This document shows positions 10,357 through 21,025 of a stretch of DNA of 64,000 nucleotides, one piece after another. The stretch lies in contig SMSO01000031.1 of the NCBI GenBank assembly GCA_004764695.1, positions 1,774,436 to 1,838,435 on the forward strand, read 5' to 3'. Each line of letters starts with the position of its first letter. Positions within the stretch are counted from its first letter, which is position 1. The notes beneath the pieces were generated by a model. That model ran no database searches and was not told where the DNA came from. It saw only the letters and a list, made by a program, of their open reading frames with translations. This DNA is from Schizochytrium sp. TIO01 (lineage: Eukaryota > Protista > Bigyra: Labyrinthulomycetes). Both the position numbers and the translations under genes were made by a program.

Positions 10357-12987
10357 TCAAGGTAAATGGAAAAGTTTGTTGATATGCTGAAAAGGTACAG
10401 ATGAGAGCGCAATAGCACTTATGGTGATGTCTCTGTTTCCAGAATCCATCAATATTTCAATATCAGGAGTAGCAATACAAGAGGTATCCTTGTCCAGGAT
10501 TACGTCGAGAAATATGGTAAAGAATGGGACTTCGGCATAGTATGTGGCCTTTGTACGCCATGTGAGAGACTTCATGAGCTTGCTTGAGTTGTAAAATTGC
10601 TCAAGGCGGGCTTTGAGATCAAATATTGTCTCATGCTCCCGGGCGAAAATGGTTAAAATGAAAATGAGCTCATTTGGGTTGAGCAAAATCTTACCATTTT
10701 CTTGTTGTTGGTGAGTCTGCCTGAGGATTTGACCATCTTCATCGAGATCCTCCACCAAAAACCGAGCGGGAACATGTTTTCGAGCAAACACACACATGCC
10801 ATCGACAGGGCAACCCTGAGGAAATGCCATGAGCAATGGAAGACTCGAGAGATTATCAACTTGTATGATCCCATCTGGAGTCCAGGTTGCCTCATGATAT
10901 TCTCGCTCAAAAATATAGTCTGTTTGGGTTTCATGACTTGACGCCAAACAAGGCGTATGTAGACTCATCTCTCGGACTGATAGAGTTGAGTATTTGCCAG
11001 GACTATGAACGCGTGGGTTGAAGAGCACAAGCTCGCGAACATCTGCTAAAGATGCTACGTGCCCTGGAACATCTTGACACGCAGCGGCAGCTAGAAGGCG
11101 AACTCGAAGGGACTCAACTGCGCAAATGGATCGTACATCCTCGCGAAAATTGCAGAGGCTATTTCGATGAACAAGATGAACTTGCTCATTTAAAGCTGCA
11201 ATGAGAAGAGGCGGAATCTCTACCACAATCTGCGACCCTGTGTCGAAGCTTACTTCAGCTAGATTCATGCACAAAGACTCTAAAGCTTTGGAATCTTGCA
11301 AGGTCATATCTAACATGTCATGGCAACCTGTTAAATCACCAAATATCCAGTTCTTTGACACTGGCATTCGAGTAAGAGCCAGCAAAATGAGTTTTCGAAG
11401 CGCTTGAAACGCTACATTGTCAACTTTAAGATAATAATCTACGGATTGTGAAGGATAACACTCAACATGCAAATGCTGTGCAATCAGAAGTTCCCATTTT
11501 GCAAAGTTAAAGTCAGCTAGTACCGCATCAAGAAGTTGCGAGCGTTGAAATTCAGCTTCAAAGACATCGACGACTTCCCAAACGATAGTTTTGCTATATC
11601 CCTCAGAAAGCTGGTCTAACAGAAGAGCAGAGTATTTTAGATGCCCATCAATCTCATCCATGAGAGTCACAAAAAGTGGATGTTGCAAGACTGCTTCCAC
11701 CTCACCACTTGTAATGATACGGCTTGCTTTGTTGACACGATGAATAAGCTGCTCTGCTATTTGCCTCTCTAACGCCATCTTCGCTTCAGGGACGAGATTC
11801 GTGAAGCTCGATAAATTTACATTATATATACTCGGGAGTGCGTCTAGGTCGAAAAAAGTTGTTAGGTCATTGCTCTCAGTGCCAGAAGAACTGATTAATA
11901 TGGGGTAGACTCGCGTAATACAATCCATCTTTCCGAACAATAGACTCTCAATGCAAAGTTTCAACAAAGCGCTTATACCTGCAACATCATTACTATCAAC
12001 ATCGATTTGGAGAAATATTAAATCTGTTGCATAAACCCTGTGCATAAGACGAAGAAAGCCTGCAAGATCGAATTCGAGATGGTCGCACATTAAAAGATTA
12101 AACACTTCTGGCTCCATCAGAGTGTCGACTCGCGTTGCGATGAGCAAAGTAGCCACAAAGTACGCTAAAGAACTGACAACCTGCTCACCGGAGGTGTTAA
12201 TCTCAGAGTACAAAGATGAGTTCAAAACCGGAATCGAGTTCATGTGAGGACAAATAAAGACAGCCGAGTAGTTAAGGGCCTGGGCTGTCTCAATACCACA
12301 ATTGGCGAGTTCAAAAGCAAGTCGTTTTTTTCCAGATCCGCTAGGACCAGATATAACTGGAAACGCAAACGCATGAGGGTTCTGACCTTCTTGAAAGACC
12401 CTCCGGACAGAGCTTTTGGTTCTGCGAAAAGCTGCCTCAGTCATTGTGGAGGCAACAAAGTCAAATGCGAAGGCTTCAGTTCTTGACGATGATTCCTCAA
12501 GTACCATCAGATTGATTGGAGGCAAATCAAGGGCATCAAGCGTCAATCTCGACACATTCAAGTCGCTTTCCTTGCTCATTCGCAGTGAAAGCGACTCTAC
12601 AAGCAACTCAAGTTGCTCTGGGTCATATTCATCAGACATCTCAAATATATCATTTAATATTACCAAGAGGACTTTCTCGAAGTCCTGACCCTCCCGAATG
12701 TGCTGATACAAGAAAAACACTGTCGCCCGAACTGCCATCGCAATATTTCCTGGGAACATACTTGCTGTCCAGAGAATAAAATTTTCTAAATGATAATTTT
12801 CGAGGGCTGTGTTGATCAATCGCTGTTTGGGAAACACTTCACGAAGCCCACTGACGATTAAGTCAATTTTTGTAGGATCTATGTTATCCACTTCATGCTC
12901 CTCCACGAACTTAATCACATCCTTCACGATTTCCTTTACTTTACTTGTGTAAAACCGACTCTCCTTGTGCCTATGTATTGCGCTCAT
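10357..12987 (-). CDS. 876-aa P-loop NTPase-like protein with Crinkler-type NTPase + REase-fold architecture and degenerate catalytic motifs
   Basis: Walker A-like PVISGPSGSGKKRL; Walker B-like LIFLQIDV; ILISSSGT; DEIDGHLK (cf. the GhPR motif); VEIPPLLI; C-terminal PQGCPVDGMCVF followed by a hydrophobic strand. Uninterrupted ORF. Confidence 0.6.
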   Translation of the reverse strand: MSAIHRHKESRFYTSKVKEIVKDVIKFVEEHEVDNIDPTKIDLIVSGLREVFPKQRLINTALENYHLENFILWTASMFPGNIAMAVRATVFFLYQHIREGQDFEKVLLVILNDIFEMSDEYDPEQLELLVESLSLRMSKESDLNVSRLTLDALDLPPINLMVLEESSSRTEAFAFDFVASTMTEAAFRRTKSSVRRVFQEGQNPHAFAFPVISGPSGSGKKRLAFELANCGIETAQALNYSAVFICPHMNSIPVLNSSLYSEINTSGEQVVSSLAYFVATLLIATRVDTLMEPEVFNLLMCDHLEFDLAGFLRLMHRVYATDLIFLQIDVDSNDVAGISALLKLCIESLLFGKMDCITRVYPILISSSGTESNDLTTFFDLDALPSIYNVNLSSFTNLVPEAKMALERQIAEQLIHRVNKASRIITSGEVEAVLQHPLFVTLMDEIDGHLKYSALLLDQLSEGYSKTIVWEVVDVFEAEFQRSQLLDAVLADFNFAKWELLIAQHLHVECYPSQSVDYYLKVDNVAFQALRKLILLALTRMPVSKNWIFGDLTGCHDMLDMTLQDSKALESLCMNLAEVSFDTGSQIVVEIPPLLIAALNEQVHLVHRNSLCNFREDVRSICAVESLRVRLLAAAACQDVPGHVASLADVRELVLFNPRVHSPGKYSTLSVREMSLHTPCLASSHETQTDYIFEREYHEATWTPDGIIQVDNLSSLPLLMAFPQGCPVDGMCVFARKHVPARFLVEDLDEDGQILRQTHQQQENGKILLNPNELIFILTIFAREHETIFDLKARLEQFYNSSKLMKSLTWRTKATYYAEVPFFTIFLDVILDKDTSCIATPDIEILMDSGNRDITISAIALSSVPFQHINKLFHLP

Positions 12988-14545
12988 CCTTGATTTTTCG
13001 ACGCATTACATTGGAGGACTGCCACAGCTCGGGCGCTTGCTGTCTGCACGCACGTTCACCACGAGATTCGTTTAAGTCATCAAAGTGCTCTTTAAAATTT
13101 GTGTTAGGTACAGGTACAACCTCCTAATAGGTAGCTCGCTGCCCAGGCACTTGTGCTACGGGTTGCTTGACCTACTCGTAGAAGCGGCTTTCGTAAGTTT
13201 TGTGAATACCCACCTACTTCTACCTGATCATGCTTGACAACTGACTGCAAGCAAGCAAGCCTTCCTAAAAGCAGTGCTACGTCACAGTACGGAGGTACCT
13301 AGGTCCCCTAGGCAGGATCCTAGTAGGGCTTGCGGAACCGAATGACGACTAGGATCTATCGCCCACTGCTGCCAGCATATGCATAGTTCAACTTGACGCA
13401 TATTCATTGGATTATCATGGATCGCAGCGCTGCTCTTCTTTCCCTCAAGTTTGTCCAGTCGAGCCGTACTATTATATATCGTAGAAGCCCACGTGTTTCT
13501 AGCTAGTTTAAGTTTATCATATCTCTCATCGCACATCACCCGGAACGTCGTAGCACTTCACTGCCGTGGCCATTCAGATTCTTCATTTCGGATTCATTCA
13601 ATTGCACATACTCAAACTGTCGGATTCCAGGTAGATCACTCCAGTCGTTATGATGTCGTGATGATGATCACTATTGTCATCGCATTACCCCTCCGTAGGT
13701 GGTAGATACTTTCTTCCTAAGAAGCCGCGTGCTACCAGAACCCCAGGGACTGGTTGTCCAAGGCCATCATGGTCATCACAATCACGATCGTGATGGTAAA
13801 TAAATTCGTAGGTCGGTACTAGTACACACAACTTCGAGTCTGCAAACTTTCAAAGTGAAGAGCGGTCAGTTCTCGCGTCGAACAGGTTCTGCACGGGGTG
13901 CATCGCAGCGGCAATCGCGCTTAACCTAAAGCCAAATATGTCTATGTTTGCACCTGCTCGATCAACCTGTATAGACTAGCAGTGTACCTATTACTACCTA
14001 TTTCCACTGCCGTTGCTGTTGTTGCCCTCGCTCGTCAATGGCATCTAATAGCTATCTACTTGCATCTGAGTCTGCTGCGAGTGATCACGATTGGTGATGA
14101 AAACTGCTCTTGGGAATTCCAACTTGAAGGATCTTCACTTTTGGGAGCTCCTCTCTCCAGATTGTATGCGATAACCTCAGTTCCATTGAGTCGAGAGGAT
14201 GGTGTATTGAGCAGTTAGAAGCCTTAAGAGATGGACAAACAACCATTGTAGACAAGAAAACACTCCGTTTAGCATGAGTCGCACTATTCTTTTTTTCTCG
14301 CCCCGGAGCAATTCCTTTCTCTACTGGCGGGAAACGATCTCTCCATGTCCATCCAACTTTACTTGATTTTTTAAGTCTTCAATGCAAGTACTTTCAGGTA
14401 AACTTTTCTCATTTCAACCTCAGATCAGTTGCACGCGCGATTTTAATTCTCACACTCACTGAGTGAGGGAGGGGAAAGCTTCAATTGCAGCAAAATCATC
14501 AGCAGCACCAGCAAAACGCAAACGACAGCTAGGCCAGGTGATAGC

Positions 14546-16450
14546 ATGTCGGACATCGACGACAGCTTCGATGGCCTCGATGAACTTGATTCCGAATATG
14601 GTGATCTACAACCACCTTCGTACGACGAGGTACAGGCAATGACTGATGAAGACGTTAAGCGATAGATCGGGCCGTTTTGATACTAATGGAGAACAAACCT
14701 CTCCTATTTCTCTTCAGACAAAAGAGACTTCAACTGACGCAAACGTAATTCGCGACGATTAAAGGTGTACTCCGAGTGAGACGGAGATACCAGCAGCGAG
14801 CCATACAAGAAGGCATTGCTAGCACTCGGGAGACCGTAGAGGAGGCGCTACAAAACTACCTCTTCCCTAACATTGTGTGTGTACCGGCAATGTTGACCAT
14901 GGCAACACCATCAACATGAGGTTTGCCGTTGACCTCAATCAAGCCGTGGAGTGACTTCGATGATGAAGTGATTTCTGATCCAGACTTTCAGAACTCTAAC
15001 ATTTTAGAAAAAACGATTGCAAAAATCATTTTCGATCCCTTGCGCAAGGAATTTATTCAACATTTGTGAAAATGCCGCCGAGGCGAAAAGATATTTTATA
15101 CAAAAGGTCTGTGTGCCACTTGGAAGCATTGGGACAGAAGTTGATGCCTTTCCTGAAATTAGTACTTACTCAGCACGAGAGATGGGTCTCGCATTAAAGT
15201 TGGATATCAACCTATCGGCAGTATAAATGGAAAACGGAGAGCAGGTTTCCAGGGTTTTCTGTGTCATCGACGTGAATCGACCAAATCAGTTATTGACAGA
15301 GCATGGGGGTGTAATTAATCAAACCGTGGAAAATCACAGGAGGAGAGCATCAAATGACAGACTACACGATAATGCTCGCTGCACCCGTCACGTACCGAAG
15401 GGTCTCTGCCAGTTGCTTGGATACATGGTGATCCAAGGCCTGAAATACGGAGTTTTGACATCTTTTGAGCTCACGTACTTCTGCAAGCGTAATGAAGAAG
15501 GTGAGATGTGGGTATCAAAGGGATTCTACGGAATCCAGGATGATGGCGGTATTGGTGTCAACTTTGCGATAGCGGCATTCGTCTTTAAAATCCTTCACGA
15601 TGACCAAAGAAGGCTCCCCTATCCATCCATGAAGAGCGAGTCCGTTAAAATACAGGGGTTCTATGAAGTTTGTCAGAAAGTTTTTTGTTTTTTTTTGGGG
15701 GGGGGGCAGGTCGATAAGAATAACACCTTCGAGATTTTGGAGGAGAGGATTGAAAAAGATTGCGCAGATTTCATCGGATCTACAATAAAGAGAGTGGCCA
15801 ATCGGTCTGGCCAGCAAGATGAGATACAGGCTCTCCGCGATAATGTCGCCAGCATTCTACCCCTGGACAATGAGGAGTTCAGCATGCTTCTGCCATGGGA
15901 GGAGGATTTAAAGCTTGTGGCGGAAGGCGTGGTGAGGATTCCTTGGATCTCCTATATAGGTTTCACATGGGACGTCTTTGTCAAGACCATGCGCATTTCG
16001 AAGGATTGGTCGAAGTGGGATTTTGAGGAGAGCAAGAAGTTGTTTCTCCAAGAAGTTGAGGTCTACAAGCCCCCCCCTGCTCAAGTTGCAGGGTCTCTAC
16101 ATTCCTTTCTTGGTGTATGGCGGGGTGTTCCACGACCGAATAAATAATCGCCACGACTTCTTCAGGTGTAACTGCGAAAAAAAAAGTTGATGATCCGTCA
16201 CCGTGATTAGGCGCCCCATTCGATCAGAGAATCACTTGCGCGCGTGCATCAGGCCGGCGTCTTGCACGGCGACATCGCATGGCGCAACAATGCACTCAAC
16301 CCAGAGTCCAAGACTACGCATTTGATTGACCTTGGCTGCGCCAACCAACATAAAGACCCCAAGGAGTTTGAGAAGTTACAGGCTAAAGAAAAGGAGGTGC
16401 TTGAGGACTTGCTATCCCGTGTCAGCGCGCGAAAACGTCTCCACAAATAA
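14546..16450 (+). pseudogene. Disrupted REase-fold + protein kinase gene (Crinkler-like REase-kinase family)
   Basis: Fragments CQLLGYM...YGVLTSFELTYF (REase-associated), VFVKT, FLQEVEVYK, LLKLQGLYIP, HQAGVLHGDIAWRN and LIDLG. In-frame stops at 14663 and 15224; frameshifts at the C8 run (16070-16077) and around 16144-16210. Confidence 0.72.
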
Positions 16451-16847
16451 TTCACGACACCCGAAGAAACACTTAAGGTGTAAAAATTGAACAATATTGA
16501 TTCCTATTCTTTTAATGCCCATACTCTATTGTGAAGAGGGTCTTTCTATTTTATTTATTTTTTATTTTTAGATAGTAATTTATTTTCTTTTAATGCTTCG
16601 AAGGAAAGCTCGCTATTGCTATGAATAGCTTCGATACGATCCAGCGGAACCACAAGAGCGGTGGTCGGTCTTGATGGCGATCGGCAGAGTGTGATCCCTT
16701 TCTTTGCTACGAGTCCGCGCTTGAGGCTCTCTGCTGCGATGCACCGCCGTGGCTCTGATATCAACTGTCGTTTAGCTTCACAAGATTAATGAGAATACGA
16801 CTGCAAATGACTTTAATACTCTCACCTCCACTGCGTCTTCCGTGGTG

Positions 16848-18910
16848 ATGGATGGTAGTGCGTTTAATCCACTTGTGCTTGCTAAGCAGATCAAGGTCCG
16901 TTTGGTGGAGCTTGGTTACCGCGAGAAGTGGTCTCAGGGTGTTTTGATCAGCAGCTATATTATGATCTTATAGTCTTGGTATGAACTTCCAAATGGGACA
17001 TTTATCTCCAGTTCCAAATGTGGGGTCTTTCTTGACCAGGGGATAGAAGTACCGACGACTTGGCTTGACTTGGGCTTAGCCGCATGGCACTGCGAACCTG
17101 TTCGAGGTAGCTATATGGCAGTTTCACTCAGGACTAGGCGAATAGTATTGCTGCAGATGATTGTGAGATTCCGTGTTCTTACAATTTGATTTCCAAGCTT
17201 GGTACGCAGATTGAATGCGAGGCTTGCGACCAAGTGCTCTCGTGATGTAGATGCGATCAATACGATGGGGTTGATGAATATTACTTGCACGAATGCTGCG
17301 ACGATCAATTTCGCAGTTCGGTACTCTACGGGTGAGGCGCTTGGAAGTTGTGCGTTGAACGGTGCTGTCAAGGCAGAGGTGGGGAGCTCCAGTATGCATC
17401 TGAGGCTGCCATGCAGTTGGGTGTGACTGCTGCAATCACAAAGTTATCTGCTTATATGACTTATATTTCGACGGCAAGGGTTTTGCATGGTGCCACGTTT
17501 TTAATGGTTTGCATTGAGCTTGCTTGTTCTGCGATGGTTTTACTTTGTTTGATAATGTACTTCCTCCACTATGCTGCTCCTTCGCGTGCGAAGCGTGGGC
17601 TTGCTTTGGTTCTCATTGGTGATTTGTTTCTGGCCTTTGTGTTTTGGTATCCTGGTTACTTTGCTGTGCGGAAGGGCATGGCCCCTTGGCCGTTTCCTGG
17701 TAGTCAGGTGAAGTCTGGGGTTGCTAATGGTTCTACGATTTGTCAGGATGCTGAGTTGACGGAGAAGAGTGTTCATACGAATTATTCTCTCATTTGCCAG
17801 CAGACAGATTCCAGTCTATTGGAGGCTACGACTGGGGAGGACTGTGATGGTTCTCACCACCACTTGGCATGTGTTTTGTTTTCTCTGTGTGGCGACGAGG
17901 CTTTTACCACCGACAAGGCTACTTGGGACCGTGTTCCTGTCAACGTGAGTAACTCCTGTACTGCTTTGTTTGTTGCGAATGCGATTTACAAAGTCTCTTA
18001 CCCTGGTTGTTCGTCTTGCGATGGGATGCCTCTCCTTGTTGAGGGGGGGGCAAGGATTGTGGTTCTGTGCCGACGAGTTTGTTGGTTTATGGTGGTTTTG
18101 GTGAGGTGGTGACGACTGAGGGTACGATTGTAGACAACTCGTGCGAAGCCACTGCTGCTGCGAATGGGATTTGCATTGCTTCTAAGGATGCTTTATGATT
18201 ATGCTTATCCTGGTGAGTCTTTGTCGATGGCTTACCAGCACTTGTGCAAGAGGTTGCTGGCGGGTCATTTACAGGGTTGCATCGATGTGGATAGTACTTC
18301 CAAGGTTGCTGATCCATCTTTCGCTACTTTGGCTGAGAGGTGTCCTCTTGATCCTTGTGATTTCTTCAATTGTGATCCTGATACTATGCGCTGTGCGTAC
18401 ACTTCTGTCAGTGCTAGTAAGTGTACGAATAGTTTGGATGGTTGTGAGGGTGGGAATTACATTTTTGATCAGCTTTTGGACGCGATGTTGGCTTATAAAT
18501 GTGTGGTCTATTATGCACAGTGGGAACTTTACAATGATTCATGGCTTTACTTCACGCTAGGTCTCTATGTGGGGGCTTTGATTGACCTATTTCTACTGAC
18601 TATGTGTAGGTGCAAGGATGCGCAGCCGTCCTTCTTGGCTCCTCTGACGGGCATGCGGAGTTCCATTTGGGTTTACGAGTTTATATTTCTCATCTTGGAT
18701 TTCATTTTTTATCATCTGGTTCTTCTTTTTGTTTGCTTGGCCTTGCTTATCAGATGGAGCCTTTGTATGGCTCTGATTCTATGTTTGCTGAGTGATTACT
18801 CTAATGAGGATTTGGGGATTACTTGGGTGCTTACATTTGCCTGGAGTTGCTGCAAGCCATCCTCTCTCGTGGCTGCTCAGGCACAGAGAAGCGCGGCCTC
18901 TGTGCAATAG
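16848..18910 (+). pseudogene. Fragmented Cys-rich multi-pass membrane protein gene
   Basis: ORFs 17348..18112 and 18164..18910 can be joined through a third-frame segment (KDCGSVPT...SCEATAAANGICIASK) after the G8 run at 18043-18050. TM helices flank a Cys-rich loop with NxS/T sites. Upstream coding-like sequence contains stops. Confidence 0.5.
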
Positions 18911-19703
18911 CAGCGCGCTGTTTTGTTGGAGCGTGCTTTTTCAATCTCCCTCTTCTTCTTCTTTTTCCGGATTATAATCTTCAATTTTCTCTTCAAAAAG
19001 TTCTTCGACTTGACTTTCGCTTTTCTACTCCTTTTTAATTTCAAAGTACTACTCATATAATAATAAATTGCTAAATAAAAGAAAAAGTTATGCTCGATGA
19101 GTACTTCGTGGCAGAATCCTCTATGGGGGACATTGGCAGGAGCTGTTTTGGTTGCTTTCGTTGTGGCTGCTGAGAGTGATCACTTAGAGACTTGCCCATG
19201 TCTGATGAAGCGCCCGTCGGCTACAGTACTAATGAGGTGCTGCGTGGTAGTTCAGTTTTGAGTCAGAGCGAGCTAGGCTTCTGCGAAACGATAAGTCGTT
19301 CGTCCATGCTCATTCGGAAATTCGCAGTGATGTGTGAGCAGTGTCTACACATCTATCCTTCAATTTGCCAAATTCTATAAAGGCGAATTGCGTCGTTGAA
19401 CACCATGGCCTTTGGAGTTTTGCACTTGCTCATTGCCGTTTTGCAAAATCATACGATTGAGTCTTGATGTAAACTGGAGCTCCAAAGAGCAGTCAGTGCC
19501 CTTCTCTCCAAATGGTATTTCCAATGCTTCAAAGTCCTGAAGCTATAATTGTCTCGCACGACCACCGAGCACCGCGCAAGTATCAACCCATTGCGAAGCA
19601 CAAAGTACGTAAGAGCGTCTCACTGTCTGACAAGATAATGACTCAGTGTCAAATTGCCTCAATGGCAGCTCAAGTCTCAGTGAATCTAACCACCGAAACC
19701 TCA

Positions 19704-19746
19704 AGAGGCAGAGGCAGAGGCAGAGGCAGAGGCAAAGGCAGAGGCA
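19704..19746. repeat. (AGAGGC)n hexanucleotide repeat, ~7 units
   Basis: Directly visible. Confidence 0.9.
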
Positions 19747-21025
19747 CAAGCTCAAGTGCCTCCTTTCTAATTTTTGCAAGCGTAGGCGATACCTTGCGAG
19801 AGCGATAGCTTGCAAGTTGAGAGGCCCAACCATCAGCCGAACTTGAGGTCAATTCAAGGCCAGCTTAGCTGATATTTGCTCAATTCACCTACCTATAGGT
19901 GAATTGCCCAGTATTCACCTCGTTTGAAGTCCTGAGCCGTGAAGACATTGCTTCATGAAACCCCCGAACGAAAGATCACCACTGATGCCGGAAGGTAGGC
20001 AGGTACGAATCAAGAGTCGGAGGACTCTCTTTGGTTGGAACTCGGAAGTCGTCCTTCAAGTTGAGGGTTCTGACAAGGCCGAGAAGATTGCCTCTTGATT
20101 GAGGCCAGCCAAACTTGCCTCCTTCCGTCTCCAGTCAGATAAGAGAGTTCCTCAGCTCGTCGCTCAAGACGAAGCGGTCTTCAAGACCTTGAGGGCCTGC
20201 GTCGTCCATTGGCATGGCAGGCAGAACGAGTGAGAAAGAGAACACAATGACATGAATGAAAGTTCGACTTGAACACTCTTTTTTGACCTTTTCATTAAAT
20301 TTGGAAGCGCCATGAACTTGAAAGAAAGAAAGTTAGTGGTAGGTATTGCTAAGCACCTCCTATGGGTGAATAGAGGAAATTACACCCTTGCAATTGCATC
20401 ATTTGCATCATCATCGTCATCGACATCGCAAGACACTCGAACCCCACGAAGGTCGCAAACGAAGAAGTGCCACTGCGATCTAGCTGGCAAGAATCGCCTG
20501 GGCTGGGCGAAGACCTTTTATCGTCCAGCGGGTGGGTAGCTGCTTTCGGGAGCGCGAGCAAGCTCTGGGGCGAAGCACAGCACTGAGGGCAAGCTTCGCA
20601 ATCAAGCATTTTGGCAGAGGGTCTCTGCTCTAGTCCTGTGGAGTGTTCGCCGCAAGAGTTTTACAGGCTAGCAAACGTAAAAGAAGAGAAGCAGGCGTTA
20701 ACCCAAAGGTTCTTCTGGCCGGGGGTGACACTCTTTAGCTCGGAAAGAGCAAAACTCCAACGCAAGTTCGCACCAACATACGTACCCGGCGTGTACCTTC
20801 CCTGCAGGATATAAACCGCCATAACGAAGCAGTGATACTACCTAGCACTACGAGGACTACTACGGTCCGCACGTTACCTAATCCAAAACCAATCGCTTGA
20901 TAACGATTTAGTAGAGACAGGTGGCGACCAACAAATTTGCGAAGTACTCTGGAATCAACTAGGTGTGGCCCTCATCGTTCTGAAAGGGGTTTGTAGATCA
21001 TCATTGCTTCATTGCCAGCCCTCAC

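Noticed and set aside
16848-18210. In-frame TGA codons in the Cys-rich gene as selenocysteine
   Set aside because: TAG stops and frameshifts also occur, and no SECIS was recognised.
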